DNA of 64,000 nt from a virus. Position 1 is the first letter of the stretch; each line of letters opens with the position of its first letter. Position numbers and translations under genes: made by a program. The stretch spans positions 1-64,000 of the IMG/VR virus record IMGVR_UViG_3300028027_000059; one strand, written 5' to 3'. Below, one piece after another: positions 18,221-27,073 of this stretch. The notes beneath the pieces are model-generated. The model was not told the origin of the DNA. It saw nothing but the letters and a program-made list of their open reading frames with translations, and made no database searches.

Positions 18221-18937
18221 TTACTTATCGAATATTTTTTTATCAACCATTCTCTTTAAAATACGAGCACAAGCGATATCAAGTGCTTTCTTAGTACAGA
18301 TACTGATTGTTGATTGATTAAATTTAATTGGATCTATTGTTGCGTCAGATAATAAAGTTAACTCACGTTTTGTAGTTGCTTCACCTAAACCAGATGCTCC
18401 AAATACAACTCCAGTTTCAGCGTTAGTAAATCTAACTTGTAAACCGATTCTAGTTACTAAATTATCTTTAATACCGTCTTTTAAATTGATAGTTTCATCT
18501 TCAGATACTGAGTAATCATAACATTCAACTGTAACGAAGTATTCAGCTAAGTTGATTTTACCTCTACCGTCTAATTTATTTTCAGAAATACCAGCTTGTG
18601 ATGCTTGGAATTGCTTAACCATACGATTCTTAATTTCAGTTTTGTCTTCTGTAAATTTGAATCGGTTTAAGTTTTCTAGATATTCCATTGTAATGTTAGC
18701 AACACCTAATCCAACACGTTTTTCCTTTAATTCAGGATACATTTCATATATCTCATCACTAATACCTGCTTTAAGGATTTGAATTGGTATTTGTTTACCT
18801 TCATAATCCATAAATTGACTAATGTCAATAGCAGTTTCAAACGATGCTTTATATTGTTCTGTTTTAGTGCTTCCTATTGTTTGGGCAGTTGCACCTATAG
18901 TTAAGAACAATCCTAATAATACTAATAATTTTTTCAT
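18221..18937 (-). CDS. secreted CsgG/LpoB-like protein
   Basis: Signal peptide ...ATAQ. VTVECYDYSVSED and TRIGLQVRFTNAETGVVFGASG resemble the CsgG core strands. Confidence 0.35.
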   Translation of the reverse strand: MKKLLVLLGLFLTIGATAQTIGSTKTEQYKASFETAIDISQFMDYEGKQIPIQILKAGISDEIYEMYPELKEKRVGLGVANITMEYLENLNRFKFTEDKTEIKNRMVKQFQASQAGISENKLDGRGKINLAEYFVTVECYDYSVSEDETINLKDGIKDNLVTRIGLQVRFTNAETGVVFGASGLGEATTKRELTLLSDATIDPIKFNQSTISICTKKALDIACARILKRMVDKKIFDK

Positions 18938-19122
18938 ACATCTTACTTATTAAAGGTACCATCTAAGGCCCAAGTTAATTCGTTACCGATTTTTGTTGCT
19001 AATTCAGGTTTAGCATAGCTTAAAGTTAACATTGTAACTTGAAATGATAGGGCAAATATTACCCATACAAACGCTAACTTTACAAACCCTTCGAATAATT
19101 TTTGTTTCATAAACTTATATTT

Positions 19123-19140
19123 AAAAGGGGGTATTTAACC
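19123..19140 (-). terminator. GC hairpin
   Basis: gggggt-attta-accccc. Confidence 0.4.
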
Positions 19141-19151
19141 CCCTTAATTAA

Positions 19152-19427
19152 TTAACCTTCTTCTTCGGTTTCAGCATCTAATTTAGCCTTATCGTGTTCT
19201 GCTTTACGATTGATATATTTGTCAACCGAAGCAATACCGAATGAACCTAATGTGATTACTAAGAAACCATTAAAAATGTATTCGTTGATTAATAATTCTT
19301 TACCCATCCAACCTGTGATTAGGTCTACAAATAAAGCGATTACCATCATACCGAATGACAAGAACCCAACTACTGATTTTTCGTTGATGTCGTTGTTGTC
19401 TTTAAATAAATCTTTCCAGAAGCCCAT
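19152..19427 (-). CDS. small membrane protein
   Basis: 91 aa with two TM helices. Confidence 0.4.
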   Translation of the reverse strand: MGFWKDLFKDNNDINEKSVVGFLSFGMMVIALFVDLITGWMGKELLINEYIFNGFLVITLGSFGIASVDKYINRKAEHDKAKLDAETEEEG

Positions 19428-19452
19428 ACTTTTAATTTTTAATTGTGATCAA

Positions 19453-20025
19453 TTATCCTACCTGTTCAGCATCATCATCTTTGATTTTGCCGCATTTTAA
19501 ACATTCTAAATCACCATCGTTATCAGAATCACCCCAAATGTGCTCACATTGTCTATGTTCGAAATACTCATCAATATCACCATCACCATCTGTATCTAAA
19601 CCATCCATTACTCCATCTCCATCTTCATCGATTTCAACAGGAACGAATGCTGCTTTAGGAGCTTCAGTTGTTTTTTCAGTTGATTCTGGTAATGTAACTA
19701 CTGTAGGTACTATTGGGGTGTTAGGCATATCAGCAGTATTACTTAATGATGTACCATCTTCCTCATCCATTTTCTGAACTAGCATTTTATCTTTATCAGT
19801 ATCACTAAACCAATAGTCAATGATTTTACCATAACTACCGATAAATGCTCCTAATAATAATAATAACAATTCTTTCCACTCACCAGCAATCTCAGATTTA
19901 TTTAATATAGCGAAGAACATTCCTCCTATAATTAACATAAATCCACCTAATACCAACGCAGTAATGTACCATCTGCGTTTCATCATATTGCTTAATAAAT
20001 CCTTAAATCCACTTGGTTGTTGCAT
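19453..20025 (-). CDS. membrane protein with thrombospondin type-3-like Ca-binding Asp repeats
   Basis: Two TM helices. DEDGDGVMDGLDTDGDGDIDE and DSDNDGDLECLKCG match DxDxDG repeats. Confidence 0.45.
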   Translation of the reverse strand: MQQPSGFKDLLSNMMKRRWYITALVLGGFMLIIGGMFFAILNKSEIAGEWKELLLLLLGAFIGSYGKIIDYWFSDTDKDKMLVQKMDEEDGTSLSNTADMPNTPIVPTVVTLPESTEKTTEAPKAAFVPVEIDEDGDGVMDGLDTDGDGDIDEYFEHRQCEHIWGDSDNDGDLECLKCGKIKDDDAEQVG

Positions 20026-20045
20026 ACTTTATTTTTTATTTTATA

Positions 20046-20357
20046 TTACCACGCAGCTGGTTTCTCTTTAAATTCGTCTGCTTCTTTCTTAGGCTTAGCT
20101 GGTGCTGCAGGTTTAGCTGCTACTTCTTTCTCTTTAATAATCACAGTTTTACCACCTGAAGCTGCTGCTTGTTGGTTGCTGTTAGTAATATTAATTACTG
20201 GAGCTGCTTGTTGTACTGGAGCTGCTGGTTCATCACCACCACCTGTTAATTTGTTGGTAACAAAACCACCAACACCTAATGTTACTGTACTCACTAAGGT
20301 AATTAAAATACCTTTAAATGATTTACCAGTTGATTCTTGTTCTACTTCTTCTGACAT
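20046..20357 (-). CDS. membrane-anchored Ala/Pro/Lys-rich protein
   Basis: 103 aa with one TM helix. Confidence 0.4.
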   Translation of the reverse strand: MSEEVEQESTGKSFKGILITLVSTVTLGVGGFVTNKLTGGGDEPAAPVQQAAPVINITNSNQQAAASGGKTVIIKEKEVAAKPAAPAKPKKEADEFKEKPAAW

Positions 20358-20370
20358 AATTTTTTAATTT

Positions 20371-20727
20371 TTATTTAATAACTAATGGGTATTTTACTTC
20401 CTTACCATTTATGTCGATAAATATTAAATCGTAGTCGCTCTTTGATAAAGTTGATAAATTGTATATCTTTTGAGTTGTTACATCACTCGCCGTGAATCCT
20501 TCCTTAAATGATGGTTTTTCACTACCGAACGGAATTACTTGTACTGAATACTTAGCTCCTGGTGTAGTTTCAAATACAGCTGTTACTGTATTATTCACTT
20601 GAACTATTGATTTAATACTAGTTGCTTGCGATTGAACACCTAAATCAATTGTTTGTTGTGGTGTTGGAGCAATCTTTGTACAAGCTGCTGCTAAGAACAT
20701 AACCATTATTAATGTTGCTTTTTTCAT
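20371..20727 (-). CDS. lipoprotein
   Basis: MKKATLIMVMFLAAACTK has a lipobox. Confidence 0.45.
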   Translation of the reverse strand: MKKATLIMVMFLAAACTKIAPTPQQTIDLGVQSQATSIKSIVQVNNTVTAVFETTPGAKYSVQVIPFGSEKPSFKEGFTASDVTTQKIYNLSTLSKSDYDLIFIDINGKEVKYPLVIK

Positions 20728-20728
20728 A

Positions 20729-22867
20729 TTAGAAATTGTTATATCCTGTTAATTTAATTGTTGTTGAATTTAGAACTACACCTAATTGATTACCCTTATT
20801 ATCAGCAGCATCCATTGTTTGTGATACTTTTACTGATGTTAATATATCAACTCCATCACCAATAGTTGAAAATTTCAATTTAAATGGCATGTTTGTTCCT
20901 TTAATTGGGTTTGAATTGTTTTGATCTAATGCTCCAAATTTAACTACACCATTTTTAGCGTTTGCAAATACAAACCAGCTATTAGGTACGTTTGAAGCCA
21001 TTTCTTCAAATTTAATCTTATTAGGGTCGTATGCAAATTCTAATTGTAAACCACCTACACTATTACCTTTAGTATCAATATTAATTGGTATTTCAATTGT
21101 GTTTGAAGTTACTGTTTGGTTAGTTAAATTTACATCAATTGAAGTATAAGCAAAATCAGTGTTAATAAACGGTCCTGTACTTGCCATTGACATCTTTTGA
21201 GTAACTTCATTAAATGCAATATTCATTTGTAAGCTTGGAATAGCATTTGTTTGAATTGTACTTGAACCACCTGCTGTAGTTACAACTTGAGATGAGTGAG
21301 AACGGTTTACATCACCCCATAAAAGATATTTTAAATCTAATATAGCATTTGCACCTAAAATACCTGTTCTAAAGTATGTTCTAGGATATGTAATATTACC
21401 CCAGTTAGTAGTTGTAATAGCACCCCAAGAATTATTAACTGAAGTATTGAATTCAAATTCAGCTCTAAAGTTATAATCTGTTTGGTTTTGTCTTATATAT
21501 GCTGCATAAGTTGAAGTTCCGTCTGTTGCTTTAGCAAATGATGATGGTACTTTATATAATGCCCAAGCAGCATCTTCACTTATATATTCAACAGGTCCTG
21601 TGTAAACATCAAATAATTGAATACTTCTTACTTGATTTGGAGTTGTTCCAGCTGGAAATTCTCTCATATCAATTCTTAAAGCACTAACTCCAGCTGAATA
21701 GCTATTTGGAGAAACATAAGCCCATTCTGTTTGACCCCATGTTGTGGTACCATCTGCTGCTCTCCATGTTGGTAAACTCATCCATCCACCACTACCTGCT
21801 GTATAACCTGCTGGTAATGTCATTAATGTATCTTTACCTGCTACTTGACCTAACAATCTAGGTAAATCACCACCATCAATTGCTCTATTTCTGTTAATAT
21901 CAGCAGCATATAATGCTTGACCTGTATTTAAGTTTGCACCTTTACCTCCTGGAGTTAATCCCATAGATGTAAATTCAGCTTGTGCTGTTGAGAAGTCAGA
22001 TATTGTAATAGCACCATTATAGATAGCATATGTTTTATCCATCTCATGCATTAAACTAACATCATAAACTGTATTAGCTGCTAATAATGATTGGTTAATA
22101 TCAACTGTACCATCTGCTAATACTGAGAATAATTGTCCTTGATTTGTTGCTGTATCTTTAAATGATACTTTTAAACTAGATAAATTATATAAGTTTGAGT
22201 TTAAATCAACTTTAGCACTAACAAATTTACCAAAGTTTTGGTTCATTAATACTGATGTTGATAATGGAGATTCCATTAAAGTGGCCTCTTGAACCCCAGA
22301 TCCATTCCAACCAGCAACAAAGTTTAATTTGATTGGATTAAATGTATAAGCAGTTGAATTTGCTTTTAATCTAAATACATAAACAATTAATCTGTCATAC
22401 CCACTATAAGGCATACCGTTTGTAGTAGACCATGTTAATGTAGTTCTTAAAATTGCATTTGCACCACCAGCACCATTAAATGTGTAATTAGCATATTGGT
22501 AGTTAGTAGTACCATTAGTTGTGTTATTAGCACTAGTACCTGATGTAACTGCATTCCAAGTGTAGTTTGGGTAGTTGGTGAAACTTAAATTAATTGTAGA
22601 GCCTGCAGGTAATACACCACCATTACCACCTGTACCTGTATGGTTAACAGATACTAATTCAAAGTTTACTTGATCATATTGCATATCAACCAAGATTTGA
22701 CGAGTAGTAGTGTTACCATTACCATTTGCTTGAACGATGTACTCAAATGTACCTCCTCTATCAAGTGTAGCTCCACCTACTGCTGATAATGCTCTAAATT
22801 TAATAGGGTTCTGTGCTGTTGCCCCAAAGCTTACTAATGTAAGCAATAATACTAATAATTTCTTCAT
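20729..22867 (-). CDS. large secreted Asn/Thr/Ser/Gly-rich protein (adhesin or structural-like)
   Basis: 712 aa. Signal peptide MKKLLVLLLTLVSFGATAQ. Confidence 0.5.
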   Translation of the reverse strand: MKKLLVLLLTLVSFGATAQNPIKFRALSAVGGATLDRGGTFEYIVQANGNGNTTTRQILVDMQYDQVNFELVSVNHTGTGGNGGVLPAGSTINLSFTNYPNYTWNAVTSGTSANNTTNGTTNYQYANYTFNGAGGANAILRTTLTWSTTNGMPYSGYDRLIVYVFRLKANSTAYTFNPIKLNFVAGWNGSGVQEATLMESPLSTSVLMNQNFGKFVSAKVDLNSNLYNLSSLKVSFKDTATNQGQLFSVLADGTVDINQSLLAANTVYDVSLMHEMDKTYAIYNGAITISDFSTAQAEFTSMGLTPGGKGANLNTGQALYAADINRNRAIDGGDLPRLLGQVAGKDTLMTLPAGYTAGSGGWMSLPTWRAADGTTTWGQTEWAYVSPNSYSAGVSALRIDMREFPAGTTPNQVRSIQLFDVYTGPVEYISEDAAWALYKVPSSFAKATDGTSTYAAYIRQNQTDYNFRAEFEFNTSVNNSWGAITTTNWGNITYPRTYFRTGILGANAILDLKYLLWGDVNRSHSSQVVTTAGGSSTIQTNAIPSLQMNIAFNEVTQKMSMASTGPFINTDFAYTSIDVNLTNQTVTSNTIEIPINIDTKGNSVGGLQLEFAYDPNKIKFEEMASNVPNSWFVFANAKNGVVKFGALDQNNSNPIKGTNMPFKLKFSTIGDGVDILTSVKVSQTMDAADNKGNQLGVVLNSTTIKLTGYNNF

Positions 22868-22870
22868 GTC

Positions 22871-23362
22871 TTAAAAAAGTTTAGACACAACCAATACGCA
22901 CGTTTTCTTAATAGCGTTTCTTGATACTGTAGAATTGAATTTTCCGTCTGTCGCAACTAAACCTGTTGACGCGATAATTTCGCTTGAACTGTCCTCAACA
23001 AGGACATTTTTTATAACTTGACCATCTTTTGTAACCTGGCCTCTCATTCTAATTACAACTGCATTTTCATCTTTATGAAATACAGATACACTACTTTTAG
23101 ATTTTTCAATATCAAAATAAATGATATCAATATCTAAAACTAAATCAGCATCCCATCTATCAGTTACAATAGAGTAACCTTTATCTTGAGTTGCTTCCTC
23201 AAGAACATTTTTAACACCAAACGCTAAGTTTGTGTTATTTGTTAGGGGTCCGACTTTAATTAGATTGTTAACGCTACTGATATATAGTTTTGTAGGAGCA
23301 ACTTGACTGTTTCCTACAAAACTGATTAGTAATGCGAAAACAACTATAGCAAGCTGTTTCAT
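22871..23362 (-). CDS. secreted protein
   Basis: 163 aa. Signal peptide ending ...GNSQ. Confidence 0.45.
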   Translation of the reverse strand: MKQLAIVVFALLISFVGNSQVAPTKLYISSVNNLIKVGPLTNNTNLAFGVKNVLEEATQDKGYSIVTDRWDADLVLDIDIIYFDIEKSKSSVSVFHKDENAVVIRMRGQVTKDGQVIKNVLVEDSSSEIIASTGLVATDGKFNSTVSRNAIKKTCVLVVSKLF

Positions 23363-23416
23363 ACTTTTAATTTTTAACGGCTATAAATATCTGGAAAGTA
23401 AGAGTTACTAATATAA

Positions 23417-23442
23417 AAGGGTAACCTTTCGGTTACCCTTAA
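23417..23442. terminator. perfect 10-bp hairpin
   Basis: aagggtaacc-tttc-ggttaccctt lies between the secreted-protein gene and the tmRNA 3' end. Confidence 0.5.
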
Positions 23443-23444
23443 TG

Positions 23445-23867
23445 TGGAGATGAGGGGAGTCGAACCCCTGTCTTTAATAGAGACAGCTATACCAGCGTGT
23501 CACACGTTTAGATCTGTTGCCTGATCAGTAGCTTTTGATCTACGTTTTAAGCTGATCAGTAAGGGCCGTACAGTTAAGTACCAAACCACCACTTTGTTTT
23601 ATGACTACAAAGAAAACTAATGATCACTCGAATCTTCCGCTAGTAGTGTGATCGTACTCCAGCTGTGCTGTTCTGTTGCAAGGCTATCAGCTGCCCCGTG
23701 CAATTAAGCCGCTAAAGCGTACTCGTTCGCGCCTACGAAAGACATTGCATCTTCGAAGGTCATAGTAGATAATTCTACGGTTATTGTTTTGCAAGTATTT
23801 AAAGACATTCTTACTTTGTCTACGTGTGGTATTACCTCTACAATTAAATCAATTCCAGGGCATCCCC
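23445..23867 (-). ncRNA. ssrA: tmRNA (SsrA)
   Basis: 5' GGGGAUG pairs with 3' CAUCUCC and includes a G3-U wobble. The T-arm is GGGGTTCGACTCCCC. The internal reading frame gcg aac gag tac gct tta gcg gct taa encodes the tag ANEYALAA*. Confidence 0.8.
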
Positions 23868-24248
23868 ATGTTTTTTACGTGGTTTCTTATCTAATATTTT
23901 CTTAACCTCAGCACATAATTCATACTCCTCAATTGCAATTAAATCGTTCAAACAATTGCTTAATAAATCAGTATACTGCGATTTTTCAATATTAAATATC
24001 ATTCCACTCATATCTTTGAATGTGATATCAAATATATCAATTCCGTCTTTATTTCGCTTATATGCGCTAAGTACACATTTAACCATTTTAAGAATCAAGT
24101 CGCTATCTCGTTCTTTCATTAGTTGAAAGAACTCACGTTGATCTTTTAATGTTAAACAATGACATGCCATGTAGATAAATATTTGAAAAAATACTAAGCA
24201 ACTCCCGAACTCTTGCCATGGGTGGTCTGGGAAAGCTGATTTGATCAA
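23844..24248 (-). CDS. hypothetical protein
   Basis: 134-aa ORF. Its 3' end overlaps the tmRNA 5' end by about 24 nt, so the true extent is uncertain. Confidence 0.3.
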   Translation of the reverse strand: MIKSAFPDHPWQEFGSCLVFFQIFIYMACHCLTLKDQREFFQLMKERDSDLILKMVKCVLSAYKRNKDGIDIFDITFKDMSGMIFNIEKSQYTDLLSNCLNDLIAIEEYELCAEVKKILDKKPRKKHGDALELI

Positions 24249-24292
24249 GACCAGACTCGGCCACTCATTCCTTGCGGATAGTATTTTTTTTG

Positions 24293-24378
24293 TGCCTCAG
24301 GCGGGAATCGAACCCGCACTCGCGTTGCGGCGAACAGGATTTTAAGTCCTGCGTGTCTACCAGTTCCACCACCAAGGC
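24293..24378 (-). tRNA. tRNA-Leu(TAA)
   Basis: Anticodon arm CAGGA-CTTAAAA-TCCTG, long variable arm, T-loop GGTTCGATTCC. Confidence 0.7.
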
Positions 24379-24384
24379 ATTAGC

Positions 24385-24545
24385 TGTAGGGGCTGGAATC
24401 GAACCAGCACGCAGCGATTCAATAAATGACAAAATAGCCGGCTTTGTGGTCAACCCCTATCATTTATCTATCTCGTTATCTGCACCCACGAGACGAGTGG
24501 GCGTGTATTCCAGTGGCGTACGCCTTTTCACCACCCTACAGTTTT
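24385..24545 (-). ncRNA. atypical ~160-nt tRNA-like element
   Basis: 3' T-arm GCTGGTTCGATTCCAGC. Acceptor-like 5' TGTAGGG pairs with 3' CCCTACA. About 65 extra internal nucleotides, so an intron or degenerate gene is possible. Confidence 0.3.
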
Positions 24546-24799
24546 TAATTAATACTGTCTTCTGTAAGATCAATATTAAACTTAGTTTGATTAATTCTAG
24601 CTTGTTCAGCTTCTTTAACCATATTAATCCAAGTTATAGACACATCAACTGGGGCTAATATCCAAGCCATAATTAAAACCATTATGGAATCCATTTCTGG
24701 TGATGTTCCATAATCAACACCTCTTGTTTTGTATTTTTTACTTAACTGATAGAAACAGTAAATAATACAAATAACGTAATACGTTAAAAAAATATTCAT
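24545..24799 (-). CDS. small membrane protein
   Basis: 84 aa with two TM helices. Confidence 0.35.
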   Translation of the reverse strand: MNIFLTYYVICIIYCFYQLSKKYKTRGVDYGTSPEMDSIMVLIMAWILAPVDVSITWINMVKEAEQARINQTKFNIDLTEDSIN

Positions 24800-24804
24800 A
24801 ATCT

Positions 24805-25263
24805 TTATTTTACTAAGTGATCTGCAGCATAAGTCATAATTGGTGAGTTACCTTTATGTCTTACTGCATATCCCATTCCTGTTACAATACCAACAGCGCT
24901 CGTTAATGCAGCATTTGATTTGTATTTTGGATCTGGATTTAGGTCAATATCAATCCACTTTGCTGCCACTCCAACCTCGTTTTTAATTATTTCAGCAGTT
25001 TCTACAGACATCCAAACTTCATTTAATAAACGATTTACGTTTTCACGTTCACGCGTTGTGGTAAAACGAGAGTATAATACGTGAGCACCTTTACCTGGTG
25101 TGTACAAACCAATTACGATAGCATAAATGGTTTCACGTTTTCTATTTTGTGAATCACAACCAACCAATATTTCTATATTTGGATGTTGCGAAACATACTC
25201 TTTTACGTAATCAATTAGTTCAATTTTTTTATTTGAAACTAATGTTTTGAATTGCCTTTCCAT
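24805..25263 (-). CDS. DUF458/YkuK-family protein (RNase H-like fold)
   Basis: ILVGCDSQNRKRETIYAIVIGLYTPGKGAH matches the vGtDSQ...GkG core of the family. Confidence 0.5.
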   Translation of the reverse strand: MERQFKTLVSNKKIELIDYVKEYVSQHPNIEILVGCDSQNRKRETIYAIVIGLYTPGKGAHVLYSRFTTTRERENVNRLLNEVWMSVETAEIIKNEVGVAAKWIDIDLNPDPKYKSNAALTSAVGIVTGMGYAVRHKGNSPIMTYAADHLVK

Positions 25264-25296
25264 AGCTGTTTTATTTCATAGATAAATATATTTTGG

Positions 25297-25378
25297 TACC
25301 CCATGAGGGAGTCGAACCCTCAATGCCTAAGGCGCTAGATCCTAAATCTAGTGTGTCTACCAATTCCACCAACGGGGC
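25297..25378 (-). tRNA. tRNA-Leu(TAG)
   Basis: Anticodon arm CTAGA-TTTAGGA-TCTAG, long variable arm. Confidence 0.7.
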
Positions 25379-25383
25379 ATTCA

Positions 25384-25487
25384 AATCAGGACAGGAATCA
25401 AACCTGTTTCAGCTTTATCATACAGAGTGCCATTAGCAGTTAGTCTCAACCTGGAGGGTGCTATGTTATCAATACACTACCTGATTT
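25384..25487 (-). ncRNA. ~105-nt tRNA-like element, anticodon unassigned
   Basis: Acceptor AATCAGG/CCTGATT, T-arm ACAGGTTTGATTCCTGT, long internal region. Confidence 0.3.
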
Positions 25488-25489
25488 TG

Positions 25490-25563
25490 AGGTCTTAATA
25501 GGATTCGAACCTATATAAATTCCTTAGAAGGGAATTGTACTAAATCCATTGTACGATAAGACC
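25490..25563 (-). tRNA. tRNA-Arg(TCT)
   Basis: Acceptor GGTCTTA/TAAGACC. Anticodon loop CTTCTAA. Confidence 0.7.
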
Positions 25564-25568
25564 AATTG

Positions 25569-25641
25569 AGCGAGTAGTCAGAATCGAACTGACATATCCT
25601 ACTTGGAAGGAAGGCATAATAAGCCATTATACTATACTCGC
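25569..25641 (-). tRNA. tRNA-Gly(TCC)
   Basis: Acceptor GCGAGTA/TACTCGC. Anticodon loop CTTCCAA. Confidence 0.6.
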
Positions 25642-25693
25642 CTGGAGAGGGACACGTTATTTATCCGTTTAAGGGACTCCCTCAGACCCTATG

Positions 25694-25765
25694 AGCTCAG
25701 TAACAGACTCGAACTGTTGTCTAATGATTACAAATCACTTGTTCTACCTACTGAACTAACCGAGC
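25694..25765 (-). tRNA. tRNA-Thr(TGT)
   Basis: Anticodon arm AGTGA-TTTGTAA-TCATT. T-loop AGTTCGAGTCT. Confidence 0.65.
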
Positions 25766-25969
25766 TTATTCAGGCCAGACTTAGGTTTCGTCTTTGGCCC
25801 TACTTAATAGTTGTGTTTAGAGGGAAGTCATAAACACGGTATTCACCAAAAGCGACTTTACTTTCAGATATCGTCGAAACTTTTAACCACGCTCAATTTA
25901 TATTTTTTAATTGTTTCTTTAACGTTAAAACAATTGTCTTAAATTGAGAAAGACAAAAAATACGACCTG

Positions 25970-26041
25970 TTGCGGGAGCCGGATTTGCACCGACGACTAG
26001 GAGCTTATGAGACTCCTCTGCTACTGCTGCATCATCCCGCA
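25970..26041 (-). tRNA. tRNA-Met(CAT), elongator or Ile2-like
   Basis: Anticodon arm GGAGT-CTCATAA-GCTCC. No three consecutive G-C pairs, so it is not called as initiator. Confidence 0.6.
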
Positions 26042-26046
26042 ATATG

Positions 26047-26119
26047 TGGATTCTGAGGGTCACGATCCCCCGACCTCGACATTATGAGTGTCTTGCTCTA
26101 CCAGCTGAGCTAAGAATCC
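26047..26119 (-). tRNA. tRNA-Met(CAT), second copy
   Basis: Acceptor GGATTCT/AGAATCC. D-arm GCTC-AGCTGGTA-GAGC. Anticodon loop CTCATAA. Confidence 0.6.
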
Positions 26120-26198
26120 ATATAACAACTACCCACAATTTTTCATAGGCACCTCCTTGTCATGCAATGGTTGACCAAGCGGCAGGTAGCATTATTAG

Positions 26199-26272
26199 CA
26201 CAACGTATGGGATTCGAACCCATGAACTCCTCCGTGACAGGGAGGCATGATAGACCACTTCACTAACGCTGT
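26199..26272 (-). tRNA. tRNA-Asp(GTC)
   Basis: Anticodon arm CCTCC-CTGTCAC-GGAGG. T-arm ATGGGTTCGAATCCCAT. Confidence 0.7.
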
Positions 26273-26279
26273 ATATTAG

Positions 26280-26351
26280 TACTCTGTACGGGATTCGAAC
26301 CCGTATTACCTCCGTGAAAGGGAGGTGAACTAACCCTTATTCGAACAGAGC
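26280..26351 (-). tRNA. tRNA-Glu(TTC)
   Basis: Anticodon arm CCTCC-CTTTCAC-GGAGG. Confidence 0.7.
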
Positions 26352-26360
26352 ATTCTTATA

Positions 26361-26375
26361 ATGTGAATATACGAC
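26361..26375 (-). promoter_or_regulatory. conserved promoter-like motif immediately upstream of tRNA-Glu
   Basis: Minus-strand sense GTCGTATATTCACAT. Confidence 0.4.
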
Positions 26376-26398
26376 TTTTATTTCGCCATTCACATTTG

Positions 26399-26480
26399 TT
26401 GAAGTGGAGGGACTCGAACCCCCGAACTCGAAAGAGAGCTGATTTACAGTCAGCTGCCATTGCCACTAGGCGACACTTCA
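26399..26480 (-). tRNA. tRNA-Tyr(GTA)
   Basis: Anticodon arm GCTGA-CTGTAAA-TCAGC. Long variable arm. Confidence 0.65.
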
Positions 26481-26485
26481 ATTTG

Positions 26486-26557
26486 CGCGGATGGAGAATT
26501 ACGATATCTCGACCTTGAACTTAACAGGTTCCTGCTCTGCCTCTGAGCTACATCCAC
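26486..26557 (-). tRNA. tRNA-Asn(GTT)
   Basis: Acceptor GTGGATG/CATCCGC. D-arm GCTC-AGAGGCA-GAGC. Anticodon loop CTGTTAA. The T-loop ATCGTAA is atypical. Confidence 0.5.
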
Positions 26558-26562
26558 TATTG

Positions 26563-26635
26563 TGCTTATGGGAAGACTCGAACTTCCAACTTCACGCGTA
26601 TCAGGCGTGTGCTCTCACCATTGAACTACATAAGC
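26563..26635 (-). tRNA. tRNA-Ile(GAT)
   Basis: Acceptor GCTTATG/CATAAGC. Anticodon arm CACGC-CTGATAC-GCGTG. Confidence 0.7.
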
Positions 26636-26840
26636 TTGAGCCCCGATACCAGCTTTCCATCGAACTCGGGGCATGATTCGCGTCGTACTGGGTCTGCGGA
26701 GAGTGGAGGTAACGATCCTCCTCGACTTTTACATCGGCCTCAGTTTAGCAAACTGGCCAGTTACCTTTCCTGCAACTCTCCATTTTAGTAGTTTTTTAAG
26801 TCATATCGAGGGACGGAGATACCAGCTCCTAAACTCGGGG
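26636..26840 (-). other. ~200-nt structured spacer with a duplicated element
   Basis: CCCCGAGTT...AGCTGGTATC occurs at both ends. GGAG-CTGGTAT-CTCC is an anticodon-arm-like hairpin. No canonical tRNA fold was found by hand. Confidence 0.3.
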
Positions 26841-26915
26841 TGGGGTGTAAGGACGGTATCGAACCGTCTTATCTGGCTCCACAAACCAGCGCATCACCTT
26901 AATGCTTCAAACACC
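26841..26915 (-). tRNA. tRNA-His(GTG)
   Basis: Extra G-1 opposite C73, and the CCA end is encoded. Anticodon arm CTGGT-TTGTGGA-GCCAG. T-arm GACGGTTCGATACCGTC. Two U-U mismatches in the acceptor stem. Confidence 0.6.
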
Positions 26916-26916
26916 G

Positions 26917-26981
26917 TATTGAGGAATCGAACCTCCTTCCCAACTAGCGGTCAGGCGATACTCCAGTATCCTTGCCGGTTG
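26917..26981 (-). ncRNA. tRNA-like element with a canonical T-loop but no assignable cloverleaf
   Basis: GGAGGTTCGATTCCTC is present, but the acceptor pairing is poor. Confidence 0.25.
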
Positions 26982-27067
26982 AGGTAGGTGCCGGATTCGA
27001 ACCCGCGAACCTGTTACGGCTTCTAGTTTTCAAGACTAGTGCAATCGACCAACTCTGCCAACCTACC
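26982..27067 (-). tRNA. tRNA-Ser(TGA)
   Basis: Acceptor GGTAGGT/ACCTACC. Anticodon arm CTAGT-CTTGAAA-ACTAG. Long variable arm. Confidence 0.7.
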
Positions 27068-27073
27068 TTATTG

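Noticed and set aside
25970-26119. Calling one of the two CAT tRNAs as initiator tRNA-fMet
   Set aside because: Neither has three consecutive G-C pairs at the base of the anticodon stem, nor a clear 1:72 mismatch. Both are left as Met/Ile2-type.
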